63,817 nt of DNA from assembly GCA_021780115.1 (NCBI GenBank), contig JAJXZI010000174.1:1-63817 (forward strand), in the 5' to 3' direction. The notes under the pieces were generated by a model, which saw nothing but the letters and a program-made list of their open reading frames with translations, was not told the DNA's origin and did not search any database. Source of the DNA: a bacterium (GTDB taxonomy: Bacteria; Verrucomicrobiota; Verrucomicrobiia; Limisphaerales; JAJXZI01). Position numbers and translations under genes: made by a program. The first letter of the stretch is position 1, and each line of letters begins with the position of its first letter. Positions 48,018 through 56,611 of the stretch are shown here, in pieces.

Positions 48018-50348
48018 ATGAAAATCAGAACCTTAACCTCAAACCTGCATCCCCTCACTGCCGTCGCCCGACTGGCGCGGCTGGCCCTCGCGACCGCGCT
48101 GGTCGCCGGCGCGTCCAACCGCCTCGGCGCCACCGAACTGCTCACTAACGGTGGTTTTGCCAACGGCCTCGTCGGTTGGAAACTCTCCAGCCGCTTGGGC
48201 GCCTGGAACCCGCTCCAGAACCCTGGCAGCGTCACGCCCGTCAGCCTGCACCCGGACGGCTCGCTGGTGTTGAGCGGCTTCACCGGCGTCATCCTGTATC
48301 AAAACCTCAACGTCACTGGCGTTGCCGGTCGCACCGTCACGCTGTCGGCGAGCCTCCAGAAAATGTCCGCCCCGCCCGGCCAGACGGTCGCGTTCTACCT
48401 CGATTGCCTGACGACCAACGGCGCGGTGACGCGCCTCCTCGCGGCCAGTCCTGACAACAACCTCGCGCCAATGGGCACTCCGACCAACCTCACCGTAACG
48501 GTCGCCTTGCCCGCCAATGCCGCCCGCCTGGTGCGCCTGGTCATTGCCAAGCAGAACTATGGCGAGTTCAACGTCGGCGGCCTGAGCCTCGCGGCGGATG
48601 GCGTCACCGTCGCGGCGGGGCCGGTCATCACCAGCGTGCAGCCGCCGGCCGGGCCGTACCACGGATCGGTCACGATCCGCGGCCAGGGTTTCGGCGCGAC
48701 GGCCGGCACGGTGCTGCTGGGCGTGGATCCCGCGGACGATCCGGCGGGCACGCCGCCCCCGGGCAGCGCTCCGCAGATCACCAGTTGGTCGGACACCGCG
48801 GTGGTCATTCAACCCGTCGAACCCAATCGCAGCGGGCGGCTGGTCCTGCTGGCGGGCGGCGTCGAGAACCACGGTGACGCCGGCTTCACCGTCACTTCGC
48901 CGAACTTCACCGTGGACGTGCAGACGCCGGAAATCAGCGCCCTCCGCGGCCAGAAGGTGGCGTTGCTGCTCCGCGTCAATTTCCTCAACGGCTTTCAGAG
49001 CGCCAACGGCGTGGACTTCATGATGCACACGCCGCCCGGCGCCGGGCAGTCCTTGACGCCACCGCTGAAACGGTCCGGCGGAAGCGTGATCCAGATTGAC
49101 ACCAGCGCGCTCGCGCCGGGGGTGTATCCCTGCCTGGCGCAGAGCCTCGAAGACCAGTCCTACGCCCGTTTCGCCAACGCCCGGCTCACCGTCAAGACTG
49201 TCACCAATATCGTCTTCACCACCGCCGGTTATCCGCCCAGCCCGATCACCAGCCTGACGGTGACGAACCAGAACCAGTTTTACGTCAGCTTTTCCGTCAT
49301 CCAGAACGACGGCACCACCTATGGCTCCACCCAGTTCGGCCCGGGCCCGCTGCCGCCGGTCACGGTCGTGTCCAGCGATCCGAACGTCGTGCTCGTGGCC
49401 CAGGACAACATGGGTTTCAACACCTACTACGCCGTGGGTTCCGGCGCTGCCAACCTCACCGTCACCTCCGTGGACGGGTTCAGCGCGACGCTGCCGGTCA
49501 CCGTGAACCTGCCGGCTTCCCCGCGCATCACCAGCGCGGCCAGCATCCCCGGCACGGTGGACAATTCCGGCGCCAGCACCAACCTGCTCTTCTGGCAGGG
49601 CAGCGGCGGGGCGATCACCTGGATCGGCTATCAAGGCAACGGGGCCTTTTCCTTCGACTCCATCGTCCGCGACCCCGACGCGCAGACGGCCCACTGGCCG
49701 GTCGCCGTGCCGGCCGGCACCATGCCGGGCACCTATCTTTTCTACGCCAGCATTGGGGACCAGTACAGCGGCGTGCAGCGTCCGCTTTTGTTGAACGTGC
49801 AAAACGCCGCCAGCCGCGGCCAGATCACCGGCCGCTTCTTCACGATCACCGCCATGCCCTACATGGAGGTCAGCGGCGTAATGGAAGTGTATCAAGCCAG
49901 CGGCGCGCTCGTGAGCACCAACCGGATCTGGAGTTCCGATGGCCGCTACACCGTGCCGTTTCTGGCGCCCGGCGACTACCGGCTCCACTTCGTGCCCGAC
50001 ATGACCCTCGCGGCGCAATGGTATCCCAACGCCGCCGCGGCGGCCGATGCGTCGGTGCTGAGCGTCGCCGCCGGCCAGACCGTCAGCAGCGTCAACTTCG
50101 TCCTGCTGGACGCGCCGGCGCCGCCGATGAACCTGGCCTTGCCGATGCCCGTCGTCCAAGTCGGTGTTCCCGGCTTGCCGGTTGCCACCATGCCGGGCGT
50201 CGAATATGCCCTGGAGTCTGCCGACGCCCTCGGCGGCCCGTGGAAAACCGTCGGCCAGCTCAGCGGCGACGGTGGCGTGCGGATGCTGAACGACCCAGCC
50301 CCAGGATCCGCCGCGCGGTTTTACCGCGTGCGGATGTTCGTGCCGTAG
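48018..50348 (+). CDS. large secreted protein with CBM-like, IPT/TIG, Ig-like and carboxypeptidase-regulatory-like domains
   Basis: It has a signal peptide (MKIRTLTSNLHPLTAVARLARLALATALVAGA), an N-terminal ELLTNGGFANGLVGW (CBM4/9-like start) and an IPT/TIG-like segment PVITSVQPPAGPYHGSVTIRGQGFG. A segment GQITGRFF...GDYRLHFVP resembles a CarboxypepD_reg domain. The C-terminus ends in RFYRVR. Confidence 0.75.
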   Translation: MKIRTLTSNLHPLTAVARLARLALATALVAGASNRLGATELLTNGGFANGLVGWKLSSRLGAWNPLQNPGSVTPVSLHPDGSLVLSGFTGVILYQNLNVTGVAGRTVTLSASLQKMSAPPGQTVAFYLDCLTTNGAVTRLLAASPDNNLAPMGTPTNLTVTVALPANAARLVRLVIAKQNYGEFNVGGLSLAADGVTVAAGPVITSVQPPAGPYHGSVTIRGQGFGATAGTVLLGVDPADDPAGTPPPGSAPQITSWSDTAVVIQPVEPNRSGRLVLLAGGVENHGDAGFTVTSPNFTVDVQTPEISALRGQKVALLLRVNFLNGFQSANGVDFMMHTPPGAGQSLTPPLKRSGGSVIQIDTSALAPGVYPCLAQSLEDQSYARFANARLTVKTVTNIVFTTAGYPPSPITSLTVTNQNQFYVSFSVIQNDGTTYGSTQFGPGPLPPVTVVSSDPNVVLVAQDNMGFNTYYAVGSGAANLTVTSVDGFSATLPVTVNLPASPRITSAASIPGTVDNSGASTNLLFWQGSGGAITWIGYQGNGAFSFDSIVRDPDAQTAHWPVAVPAGTMPGTYLFYASIGDQYSGVQRPLLLNVQNAASRGQITGRFFTITAMPYMEVSGVMEVYQASGALVSTNRIWSSDGRYTVPFLAPGDYRLHFVPDMTLAAQWYPNAAAAADASVLSVAAGQTVSSVNFVLLDAPAPPMNLALPMPVVQVGVPGLPVATMPGVEYALESADALGGPWKTVGQLSGDGGVRMLNDPAPGSAARFYRVRMFVP

Positions 50349-50382
50349 CCGCGCATCCGCTTCGGCTCCATTGGGCGACGAC

Positions 50383-50404
50383 CACGCCCGCGAAAGGGCG
50401 TGGC
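50383..50404 (+). terminator. GC-rich hairpin downstream of the 48018..50348 gene (possible terminator, no U-tract)
   Basis: An 8-bp stem pairs CCACGCCC (50383-50390) with GGGCGTGG (50397-50404) around the loop GCGAAA, 35 nt after the stop codon. Confidence 0.35.
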
Positions 50405-50788
50405 CGTCCGCCGCCCGAGAGGGTGAGCCGCACCGGCGCGAGATCTGACTGGGGGACAAGCCGCTGTCGGCGCGGCACCGGGGCTTGAGGGACAGTCGCC
50501 AGTCGCGGGTTTCTGCACGCTGAGGCTCGCGGTCGGACAAGCGGGCTGGTTTGCGTGTATTGGAACCGAGTCGGTCCCCGGTGCCAGGGCAAGGGGCCAA
50601 GCCCCCCCAAACCTGACCGGATGATTGTTGACTGCCAGACGATGGCTCAGCCTCGCTTTGACCCGAATCTGCCAGCCCCCCACCAGGACGGCCACGCTGA
50701 TCCCGGCCAGCAACGCCAGCGAGGCCAGCAGCATCAAGGCACAGTAGATCGCCAAGAGCATCGCCGACGAGGGGAGAAGACGTTCATG

Positions 50789-51506
50789 TCAGTGGGATAC
50801 TGAAGCTACATTCAACGACGCATCGGTGGTGGCGGACATCGGTCGGCGTAAGTCGGCGCTGAGTTTCGGGGCGCCTCGCTCGCCTCGCCCGACGGCGGCG
50901 GCTGCGGCCAAAGGAGCGGCTTGATACGGTTCCAGTTCTTCGCCGTGGCGCACGAGGCGGAAGTTGTTGAACACCCCCAGCCGCGAGCCGGTCACGTGGA
51001 ACACCGCCGCGACAATGGGCGTGATCAACCGCAGGGCGCCGAGGACCGTGCCGCCCACCACCAAGGCCAGGCGACGCAGGAAGTTCTGGTTGATGACCGC
51101 GCGCTTTTGCCCCGAGAGCCGGAGCAGGACCGGCAGACGGCGCAGGTCGTTGTTCATGAGCGCGATGCTGGCGCTGTGGATCGCCACGTCACTGCCGGCG
51201 GCAACCCATCGCGATGCCCAAGTCGCCGGCGGCCAGGGCGGGCGCGTCGTTGACGTCGTCGCCGACCACCGCTACGCGGTAGTCCTTTGCGCGCACTTGC
51301 CGCACGAAATCCACTTTTGTTTCCGGCAGGCAATCGCCCAACACCTCGGGGCAACCGAGTTCGCGCGCGACCTGCTCGGCCACTGTTTTGCGGTCGCCGC
51401 TGGCGATGGTCACACCAAACGGAAAGGCAGGGAGCGTGCCAGCGGCCAACATGCCCGTAGCAGCCGAGGTGAGGAAGCTCTGATCTTGTCCGCCAAGGGC
51501 TATTGG
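50789..51506 (-). pseudogene. heavy-metal P-type (P1B) ATPase remnant: C-terminal third only, with an internal frameshift
   Basis: ORF 51189..51452 encodes ...VTIASGDRKTVAEQVARELG...LPETKVDFVRQVRAKDYRVAVVGDDVNDAPALAAGDLGIAMG, the TGD and GDGxNDxP hinge motifs. The next conserved block (GSDVAIHSASIALMNNDLRRLP..., last TM helices) continues in a different frame in ORF 50789..51187, so about 1 nt has been gained or lost near 51190-51205. The N-terminal two-thirds (metal-binding, CPC and DKTGT regions) are absent. Confidence 0.75.
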
Positions 51507-51760
51507 TCATTGCGGATAGTGAAGCCACCCGCGTCAGATGGGTCATTCCGGGATCAGGTCGCGGTCGCCGGGCATTATCTCAGAAGCGTGGCGTTCCACC
51601 ACGGTGAGAACAGTGAAGCGTGGCGATTTGCCACGACGAAATTCCCTCCTAAAATAGGAGGGCTGAAAGCTCGAAAGCAAACCCCGCCTTGGATTGACAC
51701 CCAGGTGGGCGACGTTCGTGACCGCTTTACGTCAGGCCGCAGTTCTGCGATAACGACGCC

Positions 51761-52558
51761 ATGCCGACCGGCCATCCATGTCTCGAAGTTTTCGCTTGCT
51801 GCGTTGCGGCGATTCAGGGGCACAAGCTGATTCGCTGCGAGAGCCGGCAGGACAAGGAGTTTCACTTTCAGGATTGGTTCAAAGCGCGGCTTGGCGAAAC
51901 AGGTTTGAACTTTGAAGTTGGGGGCAGGAACACGTATCCGGATTTTCGGCTCGTTGCGTCGGTGGATGGATTCGAGGTAAAAGGGTTGGCGTATCCGGGA
52001 CGCGAAGCCAATTACGACTGTAACAGCCAAGTGCCGTCCGGCAGCCACAACGGACGCGCCATCTTCTACATCTTCGGTCGTTACCCGGCCGAACCGGACG
52101 GCGACACTTATCCGGTGCTCGACCTCGTCGTCTGCCACGGCGATTTCCTGAACGCCGACCACGATTATGTTCACAAGAACAAAAGCGTGAAGGGCTTTGG
52201 CAGCTACGGCGACATCCTGATTCGCGATCGGAAGATGTACGTCGCCCCAACGCCGTTTGGCCTGACGACCGGCACGGCGCACAACCAAACGCTGATTCTT
52301 CCCGCCGACTTCCGCGTGGACTCTCGCTTCCGTGCGGTCGGAAATCTCATCCGCCGCGAAGCGGAGAGGCTGATTGTTGGATACACGTTTGACTTGAGAA
52401 CGAACGATTTGAGGCCAGAGCGAGTCATCAATCCGGCCGCGGGTAAAGAGCACCGGTTTGCCGCTTATCGGCTCCCAAGGAGCGGTGACGGAAGCAGTGG
52501 CGATGCGCCCGCCGCGCGAGGTCATTGCGGAAGTTGCGAACGCCGCGGAGGAAGATGA
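51761..52558 (+). CDS. putative PD-(D/E)XK restriction endonuclease of unrecognised family
   Basis: The motif is E(RLGE)...NTYPD(F)RLVASVDGFE(V)K(GL), i.e. PD-x14-E-V-K. The stop overlaps the start of the downstream methyltransferase (ATGA at 52555-52558). G+C is lower than the flanks. The long minus-strand ORF 51575..52588 has shadow-like composition. Confidence 0.6.
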   Translation: MPTGHPCLEVFACCVAAIQGHKLIRCESRQDKEFHFQDWFKARLGETGLNFEVGGRNTYPDFRLVASVDGFEVKGLAYPGREANYDCNSQVPSGSHNGRAIFYIFGRYPAEPDGDTYPVLDLVVCHGDFLNADHDYVHKNKSVKGFGSYGDILIRDRKMYVAPTPFGLTTGTAHNQTLILPADFRVDSRFRAVGNLIRREAERLIVGYTFDLRTNDLRPERVINPAAGKEHRFAAYRLPRSGDGSSGDAPAARGHCGSCERRGGR

Positions 52559-54849
52559 GTAATCAGAACGAATCGAACGGGTATTCACCAGGCCGGCGGC
52601 TCATCGAGTCGGATGCGTTCCCGATTGAGTTCGTCTCGGAACTCGCGGAGATGGAGAGTTGGCGCAAGGAGGTGCATCGCCCGATTTATCACATTCACAA
52701 GTGGTGGGCCAAGCGTCTCGGTTCCGTGTTCCGCGCCATCCTGCTCGGTTCGGCCTTGCCTGAAAACGAGCGGCTCGAAGACGCTTTCTATCGCCAACAC
52801 GATTTCAGCGGAATGACGGTCTTCGATCCGTTCATGGGCAGCGGTACGACCATCGGGGAGGCGCATAAACTTGGCTTCACCGCGCTGGGCCGCGACATCA
52901 ATCCGGTTGCGTGCGAATCGGTTCGCGTGGCGCTCGGCCCGCTGGAGCGCGAGGCGCTGTTGCCGGCGCTCGCGCGACTTTCCTCCTGCGTGGGCGAGAG
53001 AATCCGCGCGCTTTACCGCACGTCCGACGGCGAAGGCCACGTCTGCGACGCGCTCTACTATTTTTGGGTCAAGACGCTCCCGTGCCCGGCGTGCTCGCAA
53101 CGGGTGGATTTGTTCCCGTCCTATATCTTCGCCCGCAATGCTTATCCGGATCGCAAACCGGAGGTGCGGGTCTGCTGTCCCGGCTGCGGCGGGATTTTCG
53201 TTGCGGACGTGAAGGACACCCAGGTGTCCTGTCCGGACTGCCCACTGGCATTCAATCCGCAGGAAGGCCCGGCCAGCAGAGCAACGGTGACGTGCCAGCA
53301 CTGTCGTCACGCATTCGCCATCGCCAAGACAGCCAAGGCCCTGGGCCATCGTCCAGACCATCGCCTGTTTGCCAAGCTGGTGCTGAACGGTTCGGACGAG
53401 AAGGTTTACCTGCCGATTACGCCTGCGGATCAGCGCTCCTATGAACGCTGCTCGAAAGCATTGGCTCGAAGCAGCATCGCGCTCCCCACGTTGCGACTTG
53501 CTGACGGCTACAATACCCGCCAGGTTTTGAACTACGCTTACCACTCGTGGCGCGAGTTCTTCAACGACCGCCAGCTTCTTGCACTGGGCTGGTTGCACCA
53601 GGCGATTCTCGAAGTGCCCGATGACGCCGCGCGGGCTGCGATGCTGACCACATTCTCGGGCGCGCTGGAGTTCAACAACATGTTCGCCTCCTATAAAGGC
53701 GAGGGCACTGGCGCGATTCGCCACATGTTCGCTCACCACATTCTCAAGCCGGAACGCATGCCGATTGAGGGGAACGTCTGGGGCACTTCAAAAAGTTCCG
53801 GCTCGTTCTCGACGTTGTTCCGCTCGCGCCTGCTTCGCGCCATCGAGTATCGCGCCGCTCCGTTCGAGGTGGCCGTCGAACGCGTCAACGGTCACCGCGA
53901 AGGCAAGCGAATCTATGGCGCAAGCCCGCCGTTTGCGGGGAAGGTTTCGACGCAGTGGCCGCCCCGAAATACCAGCGAACGGGGAGTCTATCTCTCGTGC
54001 GGCAGTTCCGCCGCCACCGGCCTGGCTGCCCAGAGCGTGGACTTGATCGTGACCGACCCGCCATTTTTTGACAACGTCCACTACTCGGAACTGGCCGACT
54101 TTTTCTTCGCCTGGCAGCAACTTGAACCATCGCCGTTCACGAACGAACGCCAGACCACGCGGCATCCCCAAGAAGTCCAGGACGTTAGTGCCGAGCAATT
54201 TTCGGCGAAGTTGCGCGCCGTCTTTTCAGAATGTTGCCGGGTTCTCAATGACGCCGGCCTGCTGGTATTCACCTATCACCATTCCCGGTCGGACGGCTGG
54301 ACTGCGCTGGCCGATGCCGTCGTGGAGGCCGGGCTGTCGTTTGTGAACTGCCAGCCGGTAAAGGCCGAGATGTCCGTGGCTGCGCCGAAGTCCCAGGCGA
54401 AGGAGCCAATCCAACTCGATGTCGTCCTGGCCTGCCGAAAACGGGCAGCGGACGTGCGACAGAGAACTGATCCCCAAGCTGCGTTTCAACGGGCGCTCGA
54501 ACACGCGACCTCGAAAGCCAACCGTTTGCTGGAGTGTGGCCTGAGCCTTTCCGTTAACGACCGGCGAGTCATCCTTTTTAGCCAATTCCTCGTGGAAACC
54601 TGCCCGGGACGTTCCGCCGCACAATTGGCTGATGCGCTGTCCGGCAGTCTGAGCGATTTGGACTTGGCTGCGATGCGAATGTTAGAATCGCCGGCTGCCC
54701 GGCCCGCGACACCGCCACGGCAAGACGAAAACCAGCTTGCCTTGTTGGATGATGGGAGAGATGTCACACGGCGGTCGAAAGGCGCGAAACGGGTGTCGGC
54801 AGCCGTGACTTACCGGCGAACCAGACGACGGGGCTACAAGCGTTTTTGA
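52555..54849 (+). CDS. DNA methyltransferase with internal Zn-ribbons (DUF1156/COG1743-like amino-MTase)
   Basis: The N-terminal block is FPIEFVSELAEMESWRKEVHRPIYHIHKWWAKRLGSVFRAILLG. Motif I is FDPFMGSGTTIGEA. Four CxxC pairs are present (CPACS, CCPGCG, CPDCP, CQHCR). Motif IV with its characteristic extension reads IVTDPPFFDNVHYSELADFFFAWQ. A strong SD, GGAGGA, lies at 52547-52552. Confidence 0.85.
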   Translation: MSNQNESNGYSPGRRLIESDAFPIEFVSELAEMESWRKEVHRPIYHIHKWWAKRLGSVFRAILLGSALPENERLEDAFYRQHDFSGMTVFDPFMGSGTTIGEAHKLGFTALGRDINPVACESVRVALGPLEREALLPALARLSSCVGERIRALYRTSDGEGHVCDALYYFWVKTLPCPACSQRVDLFPSYIFARNAYPDRKPEVRVCCPGCGGIFVADVKDTQVSCPDCPLAFNPQEGPASRATVTCQHCRHAFAIAKTAKALGHRPDHRLFAKLVLNGSDEKVYLPITPADQRSYERCSKALARSSIALPTLRLADGYNTRQVLNYAYHSWREFFNDRQLLALGWLHQAILEVPDDAARAAMLTTFSGALEFNNMFASYKGEGTGAIRHMFAHHILKPERMPIEGNVWGTSKSSGSFSTLFRSRLLRAIEYRAAPFEVAVERVNGHREGKRIYGASPPFAGKVSTQWPPRNTSERGVYLSCGSSAATGLAAQSVDLIVTDPPFFDNVHYSELADFFFAWQQLEPSPFTNERQTTRHPQEVQDVSAEQFSAKLRAVFSECCRVLNDAGLLVFTYHHSRSDGWTALADAVVEAGLSFVNCQPVKAEMSVAAPKSQAKEPIQLDVVLACRKRAADVRQRTDPQAAFQRALEHATSKANRLLECGLSLSVNDRRVILFSQFLVETCPGRSAAQLADALSGSLSDLDLAAMRMLESPAARPATPPRQDENQLALLDDGRDVTRRSKGAKRVSAAVTYRRTRRRGYKRF

Positions 54850-54922
54850 CTTCTGACGCCTGATTCGGGCAAAAGGGTGACCGAGGCGCATGGGATGCAG
54901 TGGCAGTTGTGGTGAGCGGTTT

Positions 54923-56383
54923 TCAGGACGGGCGGTTGTCCCGTCTCGGAGCGTGCTCGCGCTTGGATTGCACGACGCGCACTCCTTCTCGAATTTCCAG
55001 CGCCTTGATCTTCCGAAACAGTGTGCTGGCGTCAATGCCCAGTTCGCGCGCGGCGGCGGCGCGGTTGCCTTTGTATCGGCGGAGCGCGTCGCGGACGAAC
55101 AGCCTCTCCATCGCGGCCAGCGTGACTCCGGTGGGCAACCCCGGACGTATGCCGGCCTCCTCCCCGCGCAGATGCGGCGGCAGGTGCGCCGGCTCGATCA
55201 GTCCGCCGCGGCAGAGGACGAAGGCGTGCTCGATGGTGTTCTCCAACTCGCGCACGTTGCCGGGAAACTCGTAGCCCATCAGCCGGGCCAGCGCGGCGTC
55301 GGACAGGCCCGCGATGTCCCTTCCCCTGAGCCGGTTGAACCGCGCCACGAAATGGTCCACCAGCAGCGGCACGTCCTCGCGCCGCTCGCGCAACAGCGGC
55401 ATTTCCAGGCGGACCACGTGGACCCGGTAGAACAGGTCTTCGCGGAATTTCCCCTCCTTCACCAGCGCGGCCAGCGACTTGTTCGTCGCCCCGATCACGC
55501 GCACGCCGCAGCGGACCGGTTCCACGCCGCCCAGCGGTTCATACACGCGCTCCTGCAGCACGCGCAGCAGCCGGCTTTGCAGGGCGGGCGAGATGTCGCC
55601 GATTTCGTCGAGCAGGATCGTCCCGCCCTCGGCCAGGGCGAAGCGCCCGGGCTTGTCCTTGCGCGCGTCAGTGAATGCGCTGGCTTTGTAGCCGAACAGT
55701 TCGCTCTCCAGCAACGTGTCCGGCAGCGCGCCGCAGTTGAGGGCGACGAACTTCTTCCCCTTACGGCGCGAGAGTTGGTGGATCGCGCGGGCGAACAACT
55801 CCTTGCCCGTCCCGCTGGCGCCTTCCAGCAGCACCGTGCTGTCGCTCTCGGCGACAGCGGGGAGCAGGTCAAACAGATGCTGCATCGCCGCGCTGCGGCC
55901 GATGATGTCGGAAAACGAATCCTGCTGCTCGGCTTGGCGGCGCAGTTCGTTCACCAGCCGCAGATCGCGGAAGCTCTCGACTCCGCCGACGGCCTTGCCG
56001 CGCGCGTCCTTGAGCACGGCGGTGGAAATGCTGATCGGGATGCGCTCGCCTTGCGCGTTCACGATGTAAACCACCTTGTTGGCCACGGGGTGCCGCGTGG
56101 CGAGCGTCTTTTTCAAGGCGCAGGCGCTTTCGCAGATTGAGGCGCGGAACACGTCGCAGCAACGCCGGCCCAGCGCCTCCTGCCGTCGGATGCCGGTGAT
56201 CTGCTCGGCGGCGCGGTTGAAGAAAGTCACTCGCCACTCGGCGTCCACGGTGAACACGCCGTCGGGAACCGAGTCGAGCAATTGGTTGGGGAGCGGCACT
56301 TGCATTCGGGCATTATGATCGGCGCGAACGGGTGCCGCGGCAAAGGTTTTCCCCGGCGGCGTCGCGGTGGCATCGGTTGGCAT
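54923..56383 (-). CDS. PAS-domain, sigma-54-interaction-type (AAA+) transcriptional activator with Fis-type HTH
   Basis: The PAS-like N-terminus reads LLDSVPDGVFTVDAEWRVTFFNRAAEQITG. Walker A is LLEGASGTGKE and Walker B is LLDEIGD. It also has the R-finger region and a C-terminal HTH (NRAAAARELGIDASTLFRKIK). The start could be 56383 (MPTDA) or 56305 (MQVPLP). Confidence 0.88.
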   Translation of the reverse strand: MPTDATATPPGKTFAAAPVRADHNARMQVPLPNQLLDSVPDGVFTVDAEWRVTFFNRAAEQITGIRRQEALGRRCCDVFRASICESACALKKTLATRHPVANKVVYIVNAQGERIPISISTAVLKDARGKAVGGVESFRDLRLVNELRRQAEQQDSFSDIIGRSAAMQHLFDLLPAVAESDSTVLLEGASGTGKELFARAIHQLSRRKGKKFVALNCGALPDTLLESELFGYKASAFTDARKDKPGRFALAEGGTILLDEIGDISPALQSRLLRVLQERVYEPLGGVEPVRCGVRVIGATNKSLAALVKEGKFREDLFYRVHVVRLEMPLLRERREDVPLLVDHFVARFNRLRGRDIAGLSDAALARLMGYEFPGNVRELENTIEHAFVLCRGGLIEPAHLPPHLRGEEAGIRPGLPTGVTLAAMERLFVRDALRRYKGNRAAAARELGIDASTLFRKIKALEIREGVRVVQSKREHAPRRDNRPS

Positions 56384-56611
56384 CGCCACTGTTGCGATGC
56401 AATTGATGACTCGCTCGCTTGCAACCGACGGCACGGCCGGCCAGTTGCCCCTCGCCCAGGCCGAGGCGCATCCCTTTTGCTTCGTTTGCAGCGCGTCCAA
56501 TCCGATGGGCCTGGCGGTGCAATACACGGCCGGGGCGGAGGGAGGCGTGACGGCCCGCCGACGTTGGCGGCACGGTGTCGCAAACGGACTGTGGCCGCCC
56601 GGGGGGATGAA

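Noticed and set aside
50321-50761. A minus-strand ORF starting with a clean TM helix (MLLAIYCALMLLASLALLAGISVAVLV), 27 nt after the ATPase remnant. It was considered as a CcoS/FixS-like small membrane protein.
   Set aside because: Only the first ~35 aa look protein-like. The CcoS GQ(F/Y)DD-type motif is absent, the remainder is Pro/Arg/Ala-rich shadow sequence, and it overlaps the 3' end of the convergent 48018..50348 gene.
51575-52588. A 337-aa minus-strand ORF opposite the putative PD-(D/E)XK nuclease.
   Set aside because: The plus-strand ORF has a PD...EVK motif, an ATGA overlap and a strong SD coupling it to the methyltransferase. The minus-strand ORF shows no motifs. The nuclease call itself still needs confirmation.
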